Source of the DNA: Eledone cirrhosa
Lineage: Eukaryota
Length of the DNA: 64,000 nt
Direction of reading: 5' to 3'
NCBI GenBank assembly: GCA_964016885.1
Contig: OZ024742.1
Location: 115,692,001 to 115,756,000, forward strand
Within the stretch, counting starts at the first letter, position 1; the number at the start of each line of letters is the position of its first letter. This document shows positions 13,101 through 24,757 of the stretch, in pieces. Under the pieces are notes generated by a model. The model made no database searches, was not told where the DNA came from, and was given only the letters and a program-made list of their open reading frames with translations. Position numbers and translations under genes: made by a program.

Positions 13101-13568
13101 TTGCCAGTTCGGGATAAACTCTACAGGCATGGAGTTGCCGTCAGCCGGGCATGTCCGAGATGCGCGCAGGGCGAGGAAACCGTCCTGCACGCACTCGTCC
13201 AGTGTCCGAGCATTGCTGATTTGTGGGTTAATGTCGAATACCTGCTGTCGCGTGTGGGGCGGATCCGGCTATCAGCTGAGTCCATCGTGAGGATTGCCCC
13301 GCCCTCTCCCTTTAGCCGGGAAGGGCAGGCAGTTTTTATCTGTCTGGTGGCCATGGCGAAAGAGATAGCATGGTGGACACGTTTGAAAGGGCTGAAGACG
13401 AGCACTTACCTATTCGGTGATGCCCTGATTAACTTTTTCAATTTTCATTTGAAAAGGAAAATCAGGGTAGAAAAGGAAGTGCTCTCTTCCCAGCATTTTG
13501 TTGAAAGATGGGTGAGAGAGGCAAGAATGGCCCGAGTGAATGGGCCTACTCTGAGTATGTGTCTGTAA
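10159..13568 (+). pseudogene. ORF2 (AP endonuclease, reverse transcriptase, zinc finger) of the Tx1-like element, several frameshifts and stops
   Basis: SINARGL, SET, AVYAP, SYLDR, YTDHK, GYWKLN (APE). LDQSKAF, SVRQECPLS, AYADDVT (RT). LSLKGR; CPRC...H...C. Confidence 0.92.
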
Positions 13569-13846
13569 ATTAAAGGTGGAAAACTGGGAGAGGGCACTTG
13601 CCCTGGTGGTCAGGGTCACTGTGGAATTTTAATGGGCTTTCTCCACCAATCTCCCTCGGAAGTCACCCCCCTATTGGGGAATTTTTCATTGTTCTATTAT
13701 TACATCCTCTGTTTCTTGTTTTTTTTTTTACACGCAGAAATGCCCATTTGTACCGCCCTGTATTGTCCTGTGCTGTCCTTAATGTCTACTTTATGTAAAC
13801 CCTTGTGGTTAATAAAGAAATCATTATTATTATTACTATTATTATT

Positions 13847-14113
13847 GTTCTTTGGGTCTCAGTCATTGATGTTAGTTAACTGGAAAGTTTGTTGAAATGA
13901 ATATCAAGCCACTACCAGCAGCCTCAGATATTCAGGACGTATCGGAGGGTTCCAAAAAGCGTTCCAAAAAGCGTGAAGGGGCCAATTTTCTTTAACCATC
14001 CCTGGAAACTTTTTGAGATAGTCCCTAGTGCGCCTATGACAATCGGGATCACTTTGACTTCATGGCAGTTCCAAATCCTTTTTACCTCCCACTTTAAGTC
14101 CTGGTATCGGTTA
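13847..14113 (-). mobile_element. R4/Dong family B 3' fragment (more diverged, with internal deletion and small duplication)
   Basis: Matches 14213-14505. gttccaaaaagc duplicated at ~13950-13973. Flanked by TTA tracts. Confidence 0.88.
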
Positions 14114-14136
14114 TTATTATTATTATTATTATTATT

Positions 14137-14194
14137 GTTGTTATTCCTTGAATCTCAGTCATTGATGTTGGTTAACTGGAAAGTCCGTTGGATT
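14137..14194 (-). mobile_element. ~58-bp family B 3'-end stub
   Basis: Same sequence as the first ~55 bp of 14213 onward. TTA tracts on both sides. Confidence 0.85.
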
Positions 14195-14212
14195 ATTACT
14201 ATTATTATTATT

Positions 14213-16924
14213 GTTATTCCTTGAATCTCAGTCATTGATGTTGGTTAACTGGAAAGTCCGTTGGATTGAATATCAAGCCACTACCTGCAGCCTCAGATAT
14301 TCAGGACGTATCGGAGGGTTCTTGCCGTTCCAAGCAAGCATGCCTTTTGAAGCGTTCCAAAAAGCGTGAAGGGGCCGATTTTCTTTAACCATCCCTGGAA
14401 ACCTTTGGAGATAGTCCCCAGTGCGCCTATGACAATCGGGATCACTTTGACTTCATGGCAGTTCCAAATCCTTTTCACCTCCCACTTTAGGTCCTGGTAT
14501 CGGTTAATTTTCTCCCTCTCCTTCTCTTGCACTCTCGTGTCGAACGGGCAGGCCACATCCACAATCAGGCACGATCTTTTTTCTTTGTCCACAACCACCA
14601 GGTCAGGTCTATTGTGTTCCAGTTTTTTGTCTGTCTGTATCCTAAAATCCCACAGCACCTTCACCTGACTGTTCTCCATCACCGCCTCTGGCCTATGCTC
14701 ATACCATTTCTCAGAATGTGGTAGATTGTTTACTTTGCACAGGTGCCAGTGGATCACCCTGCCCATCACATCGTGTCTCCCGCCCTTATAGTGGGTCTGG
14801 GCTAGGTGTTTACACTCGGACACAATGTGAGCCACAGTCTCCTCTCTCTCTCCACAGATCCTGCACAGTGGGCTAGCCTCCTCCTTGTAGATATGGTGCT
14901 TCAACCACTTCGTTTTGAGGGCCTGCTCCTGCGCAGCCATTAGCATTCCTTCTGTAGCCTTTTTGAGGTCTCCTCTTCTCAACCAGTTCAATGTCTGTGG
15001 ATCTCTAATTTCAGTTTTCTCAAAGAAGGTACTATGAAGGGATTTTCCCTTAAGGCTGCTCTTCCTCCTTGATGTTATTTCCTCCTTGGATATCCCCTGG
15101 CCTACTCTCCCCTCCTTCAGTACAGCTCTGAGCATTGGCTCCTTACTATAGGTCACGTATTTGTATAGGTTGTTTTTCTCCATCTGAACACAGTCCTCTA
15201 TGCCGATAAGACCTCTTCCACCCTCAGATCTCCTTAGGTAGAGTCTATCGACATCACTCCTCTTGTGGAACATGTTGTAGATAGTCAATAGCTTCCTAGT
15301 CTTCCTATCCATTTCTTTTTGTTCAGCAACATTCCATCTCAGAATTCCCGCACTGTACCTAATAATAGACACAGCTCGGGAATTTACTGCGCTTATGGCA
15401 TTTCTGCTGTTCAGATGTGACTTCAATACGCTCCTTACTCTCCGAATGTATTCAGTTCTTAACAATTCCTTCATTTTTTTGTTCTTTATGCCATCAGCCT
15501 CCAGAACGCCCAAATACTTGTATCCTTCCTCAGAGTCAATTTCCTTTATCATCTCACCTGTTGGTATCTGGATCCCGTTACTTCTGCTCAACCTACCCCT
15601 CCTCATCACAATGACTCCACATTTACCAATACCAAACTGCATACATATATCACTGCTGAAAATACGGACAGTGTCAACAAGCACATCCAACTCCTTCTCA
15701 CTTTTCCCGAAGAGCTTAAGATCGTCCATGAAGAGGAGGTGATTGATGGTAATCTCTCCCCTTCCCAACTTGTATCCTGCTCTCACTTTTCGCAGCATAA
15801 TGGTCAAGGGCATCAGGGCAAGGACAAACAACAGAGGGGACAGGCTATCTCCCTGGAAGATACCTCTCTTGATCTTCACGCTTCCCAAGGATACTCCAGT
15901 TGATGTCAACTCTGTCTCCCAGGACCCCATACTCCTGCCCAGCAACTGTCTTATGTTATCTGCCACCCTGAAGATCTCCAGGCTTTTGGTGATCCAGGAA
16001 TGAGGCACCATGTCAAATGCCTTTCTGTAGTCTATCCATCCCATGGCAAGATCAGTGTGTCTCCTCCTGCAATTCCCCATTACCATCTTATCAATAAGCA
16101 ACTGGTCCTTTGTACCACGTGACTTCTTTCGGCATCCTTTCTGTTCGTCCGGCAACAAGTTGTTTGTGTGGAGGTGATGGTAGATTTCCTCAGACACAAT
16201 GCTCGTCAACAGTTTCCACATTACGGGCAGACATGTGATAGGTCTATAGTTGGTAACATCATTACCCTTGATTCGGTCTTTCATTATCAGAACTGTGGTA
16301 CCTTTTGTCAACCACTCTGGCACCTCACCCGACACCAAGCAGTCATTGAACATGGCCGTCAGCTTCGGGTGGAGGGATGTTAAATGTTTAATCCAATACC
16401 CCTGCACACCATCTGGGCCTGGTGATTTCCAGTTGGTTAGTTTGTTGGCTTGCCCCTTAAGAGTTTCAACTGTGATACTCAAATCAGTCTGTTGCTGTGC
16501 CTGCTCACCGATCTCCCTCTGTACTGTCTCAATCCACCCTGCCTGGGCATTGTGTCTAACATCCTGCTCCCATATTCCTCTCCAGAATGTTTTAGCTTGT
16601 TCCGCCCCAGGGATCAAGTCGTTGCCTCTTTCTTTCCCCTCAAGCTGTCCAAACAGCATCTTCTGGTTGTTGTCGAACATGCGGTTCTGTTTATACTGAC
16701 TGACTCTGTTCTCGTATCGCCTGATTTTGGCACTCTTTGCTACAATGCGTTGCTTCAATTCCTCTATGATAATATTTAGCTTTTTACTCCTAGTTTTGTA
16801 TTTTATTTCCAGTCTATTTTTAGTGCCTATGTTTTTTAGTGTCCCATTCAGTAGTGACTCAAGCTTTCCTATGTCATTTCTCATTTCCCCGATTTGCCCA
16901 CTCAGTCGCTTCTTCCACCACGGC

Positions 16925-16927
<3 letters not shown>
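14213..16927 (-). mobile_element. R4/Dong-type family B copy, 5'-truncated, ORF uninterrupted
   Basis: Flanked by (TTA)n (14195-14212 and 16928-16986). Contains the 863-aa ORF. Confidence 0.95.
14293..16884 (-). CDS. RT-CCHC-restriction-like endonuclease polyprotein (863 aa; frame stays open to the truncation at ~16927)
   Basis: KSPGPDG, NYRPITCL, WIDYRKAFDMV, GIFQGDSLSPLLF, LLFMDDLKLF, YKYLG, GGRGL, CRICGEREETVAHIVSEC, RHD, RPDLVVVD, IVDVACP, EKINRY. Confidence 0.93.
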   Translation of the reverse strand: MRNDIGKLESLLNGTLKNIGTKNRLEIKYKTRSKKLNIIIEELKQRIVAKSAKIRRYENRVSQYKQNRMFDNNQKMLFGQLEGKERGNDLIPGAEQAKTFWRGIWEQDVRHNAQAGWIETVQREIGEQAQQQTDLSITVETLKGQANKLTNWKSPGPDGVQGYWIKHLTSLHPKLTAMFNDCLVSGEVPEWLTKGTTVLIMKDRIKGNDVTNYRPITCLPVMWKLLTSIVSEEIYHHLHTNNLLPDEQKGCRKKSRGTKDQLLIDKMVMGNCRRRHTDLAMGWIDYRKAFDMVPHSWITKSLEIFRVADNIRQLLGRSMGSWETELTSTGVSLGSVKIKRGIFQGDSLSPLLFVLALMPLTIMLRKVRAGYKLGRGEITINHLLFMDDLKLFGKSEKELDVLVDTVRIFSSDICMQFGIGKCGVIVMRRGRLSRSNGIQIPTGEMIKEIDSEEGYKYLGVLEADGIKNKKMKELLRTEYIRRVRSVLKSHLNSRNAISAVNSRAVSIIRYSAGILRWNVAEQKEMDRKTRKLLTIYNMFHKRSDVDRLYLRRSEGGRGLIGIEDCVQMEKNNLYKYVTYSKEPMLRAVLKEGRVGQGISKEEITSRRKSSLKGKSLHSTFFEKTEIRDPQTLNWLRRGDLKKATEGMLMAAQEQALKTKWLKHHIYKEEASPLCRICGEREETVAHIVSECKHLAQTHYKGGRHDVMGRVIHWHLCKVNNLPHSEKWYEHRPEAVMENSQVKVLWDFRIQTDKKLEHNRPDLVVVDKEKRSCLIVDVACPFDTRVQEKEREKINRYQDLKWEVKRIWNCHEVKVIPIVIGALGTISKGFQGWLKKIGPFTLFGTLQKACLLGTARTLRYVLNI

Positions 16928-16985
<58 letters not shown>

Positions 16986-16986
16986 T

Positions 16987-18280
<1,294 letters not shown>

Positions 18281-18537
18281 CTTACATTAAACTATAATTG
18301 CACACATTAAACTGCAACTATGTTCACACTCTTTAAATAACGTCTCCCTTGTGAATTGTGTGGTTTTGTTTAGCTTAACTAATGAATATTTCCAGCTCTG
18401 TGCACCTAATCTATGCATGAATCCAGCCCTCTAGCTGCCTTCCACTGCATATTGCACATTGAGCACATCCCTTTACGATTTTGGCTTCTAACAAACTCAC
18501 CAATCTCTCATCTCCTCTCCGATCTCCATCTCTCTCT

Positions 18538-18538
18538 T

Positions 18539-18637
<99 letters not shown>

Positions 18638-18734
18638 CTGTTAAAACCCTTTTCGTACTATTTCAAGCGTCAACCTAATATATTCCTTCCATATACTATA
18701 CCGATTGTGTTGTTATTTTTGTTTATATATATAT

Positions 18735-18789
<55 letters not shown>

Positions 18790-18853
18790 GGGGGGGGGGG
18801 GTATGTGTCTGTGTGTGTGCGTGCGTGTGTGTGTATGTGTCTGTGTGTGTGTG
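18538..18853. repeat. Compound (TA)n/(G)n/(TG)n microsatellites
   Basis: Direct reading. Confidence 0.9.
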
Positions 18854-19936
18854 CATTATATGTATATTATTTGATTTTATTCTTGATTTGTCACATGTAA
18901 CCTAACATGTAACGTCCATTGTTATATTGTTATATTTTCCTGGAACTCTCATATATGGCACTATCGTATATCAATTAAATATTTAATTTTGGAAGTTGAC
19001 TAGCCAAATCAGTTTACTTATTACTTTTCGATTATGATGAACATCTTTATATCGTGAATGCAATAGAAATAATGGAAATCACTGCGTAACATCAAAATTG
19101 TCATGGTTTCGGATTACAGTGGTTGGTTATTGTTTTACTGACGCATAATTCTCTTAGACAAAGAATATTTCAATACATTTGCTGTACAGATTGCAAGAAA
19201 ACAATTTCTTTACTTTTTATTGATTTTATTTTAATACCCTCCTGTTCAGATAGATCGGAATTCACATATGTCCACAGGTTGTTATGCTTCAATGACAAGA
19301 CTTAAATCATCTAACCGTTTATTAAAAGGGATTTGTATATATTTTTCACGTTCAGCAATTTTAACAGATAAATTGAATGAAATCAATTGTTGAAAGTTCA
19401 GTAGTGTGAGTGATGACATAGTATATGCAGTTAGAATATTCACACTTAATATTACTACAATCAATTTTGGAAAATGCTCTATGAAATCAAATAAAGACTG
19501 TCAGAAATCGAACTGGATTACATAAATCAAAACCGTAGGGATTACTTCTCAAATGTTGAATTCACAAAACGAAAAAGCAGCTTTTATAAATGATATATTA
19601 TGGTGGACAGATGTGGTACATCTGAAATAGATTAAAAGAATAGATGGTAGTGATATTTAATTTGTGAAATATATTCCATAAATATATATATATATATAGT
19701 GTAATTGATAGTCAATTTCATCCGGTGGACGATAGGTGCAACATTTGAGTCCAAAAGGATCTCCGTTCGACCTTGTTGCGTCCACCAGGCAAATTTACCT
19801 GGATTAAGCTAATATGTATATTATTCACCTGGATTATGACGCCATTCCATAATACAACAATACTACATAAAGATTACAAAGCTGGTTATACACACACGCG
19901 CACACACACACACACACAAAACACACACTTATATAT

Positions 19937-20893
19937 ACTAGACATGAAAAATGCGCAAGCTCAAAAGTGCCACAGAATGTTATAATAAACCTTCAAAAGT
20001 GTGGGACTAGAGTTGTTGCTAAAAAATATTGTAATCATTATATATCGTACATTCTGTGGCATCCTTTATAAAAATAGCTTAAACCAACGAAGCCTTTATT
20101 TTTACGCTATTTCACTTAGTTAATTCTTAGAGTGTAACATATAAAAATATGATTTACAACTATAAAATAAATTAATTAATATAATAACAGAGCTGCGGAG
20201 CTGAAATTTAGGAAATAATGGAGTATCGGATCCTGAGTTGGAGCCAGTCAATTTTTGGCCGACTCCGCAGCCCTGTATAATACATTTCATATTAAAGTTA
20301 TTAATAAACCTATTTTACACTTCATGCAAATTACCACGAGATATTGATATTAGAAATAAGATACAGCGCAATATCTACAGCTGTAAAAGTATGAAAGCGA
20401 AGTAATAATAAGTGGCTTAAGGTAATTCCAATATGAAAGTTTGTAGTGATAAAAATTTGATAATGCAATACGATTGTTAATATTATAGTTCTATGAAAAT
20501 GTAACAATAGATAACTAAATTATTTTACTATTAGTATATTTAAGAAATTATCATTATAGATTTGATCGTTCATATAAGCATCATATTAAGTTTCAACACA
20601 ATTATTTTGTTACTATGAGTATATGATAATAATATTACGTAATTATTTATAGCTGTTATTACATTAAACATAGATGTATTTATTTTTATATGTTACACTC
20701 TAAGAATTAACTAAGTGAAATAGCGTAAAAATAAAGGCTTCGTTGGTTTAAGCTATTTTTATAAAGGATGCCACAGAATGTACGATATATAATGATTACA
20801 ATATTTTTTAGCAACAACTCTAGTCCCACACTTTTGAAGGTTTATTATAACATTCTGTGGCACTTTTGAGCTTGCGCATTTTTCATGTCTAGT
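19937..20893. mobile_element. Foldback/MITE-like element with ~213-bp apparently perfect inverted arms (19937-20149, 20681-20893)
   Basis: actagacatgaaaaatgcgc...catataaaaata reappears as its reverse complement. AT-rich ~530-bp spacer with no ORF. Confidence 0.75.
20188..20275. mobile_element. 88-bp hAT-type MITE
   Basis: Ends cagagctgcggag / ctccgcagccctg are inverted. Flanks tataataa / tataatac form a 7-of-8 target-site duplication. Confidence 0.7.
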
Positions 20894-21489
20894 TTAATAT
20901 TTTTTTAAGGCAACGCTTGTAATAACTCTAGTTAAACAGGATATATATTAATAATAAATTATCGTTGTAATGTAATTAGATTATGTAATTGTTATTATAA
21001 ATTATCTTATAAATATTAGTGTAAGATGTATAAAAATATTTTCAGACTTTTAATATAAACAACTACAAAAAACAATCAATATTAAATCAATATATTATAC
21101 ATAATAGAAAACATAAAATATACAATACAAAAACAAAATATTTACATACAATTGCAATTATCAGTGTATATATATTTTCTTTATATTCCCTGAGCAAATT
21201 AATAAGATTTGTTTTTATTGTACATAATTTGATGACTTGTTGGAGTGTATTAAAAGATAGCAACAATTTGTGATTAAATTGTTATCTTAAGCAACTCACT
21301 TTTTAATAGTTGTTGGCTGAGCGAAATTGTAAAAGCCTATGAGCAAATATAAAAAAAAATACACAAACAACATTTCCTTGTGTTATTACAACATTAGATA
21401 AAATAATTGAGCAATGTCGTTATATTTTGCTCTTATTGCACATTAATAGTGTTTCTATTTTTCGGCACAAATCCATTACGGCAGTCCAT

Positions 21490-21620
21490 TACTGGTACTT
21501 TATTTTATCGAATTAGTAAGTATGAAAGTCGAAGTTAACCTCGGCAGGATTTGAACTTAGAATGCAAAGGACCATAACAATACTGCAAAGCATGGTGTCT
21601 GACGCTCTACCAATACTTGT
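21490..21620 (-). mobile_element. tRNA-derived SINE relic (common Octopus-type family)
   Basis: ggtactttattttatcga...atgaaagtcgaagttaacctcggcaggatttgaact (reverse B-box gttcaaatcc). Related to copies at 22425, 24075, 48975, 49880 and 61695. Confidence 0.7.
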
Positions 21621-22010
21621 GTTGAGCTGGTCATTAATTTATGGTGGTCGTGCGTGGAGTAGAGCAATCGCTAGTTGAAATATTATGAACAAAACATTTT
21701 TATTTGCCGAAGAACATATTTTCAATACTGTTTGTGAATGTGACGAAGGAAATACATTCTGATATGGAACAGTGTACAAAGTGTGTCTGTGAATAACATA
21801 ATGTTACCTCATGTTGTTGTCAAGACATAATGGATTTCGTATATCCAGTTAGAAGATGAAACCTAGCCATCTCGGATTAGTTATATTTCATGCCATGTGT
21901 AAACGTGTTAGAGGATAGCAAAATATGCGCGTTAATTATAATAATTAGTTAATAATATTACAAAATATACCTAATTAAACTCTTTGCTTGAAATTTTATC
22001 ATTCTTCGTT

Positions 22011-22047
<37 letters not shown>

Positions 22048-22424
22048 GGAGAGAGATTTATCTAGTCCTTCGCTCAAGATTAATCTATAAGTTTAGATGT
22101 TTGCCTTCGTTTAAGTAAATATTACAGTAAGATTTTTAATATAAACAACTACAAAAAACAATTAATATTAAAACGAAAAAATTATCAATGATAAAAGAAG
22201 CGGATGCAACTTTTTTTTTTATAAAGTTATATTCCTGTTTCTTTAAAGAACATTTCATTTTTGTTCTATTGTAGGCGAAATAATGCAATGGTTTAATAGG
22301 GAAGATATAACTTACGAATTATGTCTCTAACCGTGTAACGCTTTTTAAGTAGATAACTACAATTGAAAATACTAAAGAAATGGAACCAACAATTCAATTT
22401 GAAAGTCGTCTAGTGACAGTGTAT

Positions 22425-22470
22425 TGCTGGTACTTTATTTTATCGACCCCGTAACGATGAAAGGCAAAAA
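22425..22470 (-). mobile_element. Short fragment of the same SINE
   Basis: ctggtactttattttatcgaccccgtaacgatgaaaggcaaa. Confidence 0.6.
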
Positions 22471-23664
22471 TGCAAATGCTTAAAATTTAAATTGCCTTAA
22501 TTCTATCGTCTGCTGTTTCATTAAAGGGAGATTATCGTCTGTATTTAATTCTATCGTCTACTGTTCCACTAAACAGATATACCTCCACTATCGTCTCTAT
22601 TTATACATTTTAACTTATAACTTATACACATTTGATTTGAAATATTTTATCTAGTCCTCCCTCTCAATATTATGATGATTTCTTTCGAATGAAACAGTTC
22701 TAGTCCTGTAGAAGCCATTTAAATATATAATTGAACTGAGTTAAAAATTCACAATATTTATAATTAAATAAGCTCATATATATATGTGTGTATTTATCTG
22801 TTTATTGTATTATATATAATGTGTGTATATACAGGATGTCCCCCAAAAATATATACACACTTCAACAGCATTCTAATAACTATTGCCTGTACAGGTAATC
22901 AAAGTGTCAATCGAATGTTAGTTTCGTGTTTTAACAGTACAAATTTACAATACACACATAAAACCAGTGTATATACATACATGAGTGTGTATACACATAC
23001 ACGAATGTGTATATACAATATATATGTATATATATATAGACTCATATATTCACGGTGCAACGGTACATTAAAATATAGATGCGGGAGAGGGGGGGGGGGT
23101 GTATATATAGGGGCGCTGGGGATAAAGGAGTGTAAAGCGTGTGTAATTGATATATTGAAGGAGAGGAGCGTGCAGCGATAGAGTAACAAATATATAGAGA
23201 GGGGAGAGATGGTATTGAAGGGGAGGAGTGCAAAGCGAAAGAGTAAGAGATATATATAGAGACGGAACAGATAGAGAGAAACAGGCGTAAGTAACAGTGG
23301 AAGAGATATAGAGAGAGGTACTCTGATTGGTTGAAAATTAGCCAATGACATACGATCACCACCACCACGGCTATCCCCGAAAAATTTTTATAGAAGCTAG
23401 GCATATATGTTAGAACACGAAAAGTGAACATTCTGTTGTTTCACACTTTTCGTGTTCTAACAGATATACATATATATATATACACCGTGATAAGTTTCGG
23501 CCAGTATCGGCCCACGCCATGTCTAACGTAATAGCGATGTCTTTCAAATCAGGAGTTCAACACCATGGCTCACCCAAGTAGAGAGTTATTGTTTACGGAG
23601 ATATATCCGAGTGTAGGAGTAACTCAGCGATACTCTGCCTTACACTCCCTGGATATATACATAT

Positions 23665-23723
<59 letters not shown>

Positions 23724-24069
23724 CCTCTTATCGGTGTGAGGTTTTGGTAATTCGGTTGTTTGAAGATATTAAATAAAGCGAATGTGTATAATAATTTCTA
23801 GTTAAAAAACGTCCTTACGTGTTTGTAGATAAACACGTTGTTGCATATGTATATATATATATATAACAAAGGAAGGTGTGCTAAGGCACCAGATGGACCA
23901 TAACGCACCAGAGTACTCAATACTTAGGGAAATGTTTAACCCCGACTGCAGAGCTCAAGCCATTTCGACGCCTCTTTCTATATATATACATAAAGTCAGT
24001 TAGGCTATGTAGCTGTGTAGCTTGCTACTTTAGGAGACGTCTGTATACGTCAACAGTCCACTTATTACT

Positions 24070-24235
24070 GGAGATTAGCAGTATCGGTAGAGGGTCGGAC
24101 GCCATGCTTTGCAGAGAAAGTAAGGCCTTTTATGGTCTGTGTTCAAATCGCGCCGAGGTTAACTTTGCCTTTCATCCTTACGGAGCGATAAAATAAAGTA
24201 ATTGCTGGCCTTGTGCCAAAAGTAGAAACAATTAA
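24070..24235 (+). mobile_element. tRNA-derived SINE relic
   Basis: A-box-like tagcagtatcggtagag, B-box-like gttcaaatcgc, then gccgaggttaactttgcctttcatcc. Confidence 0.7.
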
Positions 24236-24663
24236 TTCCTTCATGAGCACAATTGGCATCTGTTGGATTCACTGATATGTATGTCTATACTTGTTTATAT
24301 AAGTTTATATATCTTAAGTATATTTATCACTTATTCTATTACAGTCGAGTAAGTATTTTGGCAGAATCGGACTGCTACATTGAGCAGCAATTTCAATTGC
24401 GATTGTCCACATGACATTATGCCTCTGTAGGACGCTAATCACGTGATAATATCCCATTCGAAATTATCGCTGGTAGTGGATAATTCAGTCGAATCCTCTC
24501 TTGTTTGAAAATGATCCCATACAATTTGAGGTTTTACATCACTCAATGCTGAATTTTATTCAAAGAAACATCAGTTGGGTCGCTTTAAGTAAATAGGTAA
24601 ATATTTCTTTATCTTATTTGCGTTTCCTAAACATGCTTTATATATATATATATAAACATATAA

Positions 24664-24704
<41 letters not shown>

Positions 24705-24708
24705 CATA

Positions 24709-24751
<43 letters not shown>

Positions 24752-24757
<6 letters not shown>

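Larger units (their letters stand above)
8038..13822 (+). mobile_element. Near-full-length Tx1-like (L1 clade) non-LTR retrotransposon inserted in (TTA)n
   Basis: Starts right after (TTA)n 7988-8037 and ends aataaagaaatc followed by (ATT)n. Two-ORF layout: ORF1 with zinc knuckle, ORF2 with APE, RT and C-terminal zinc finger. Confidence 0.92.

Noticed and set aside
19720-19800. tRNA gene
   Set aside because: Only loose A/B-box similarity and no complete cloverleaf. More likely a decayed SINE head.
22828-22960. Tc1/mariner terminal inverted repeat (tacaggatgtccccc...)
   Set aside because: No partner TIR or transposase remnant found nearby.
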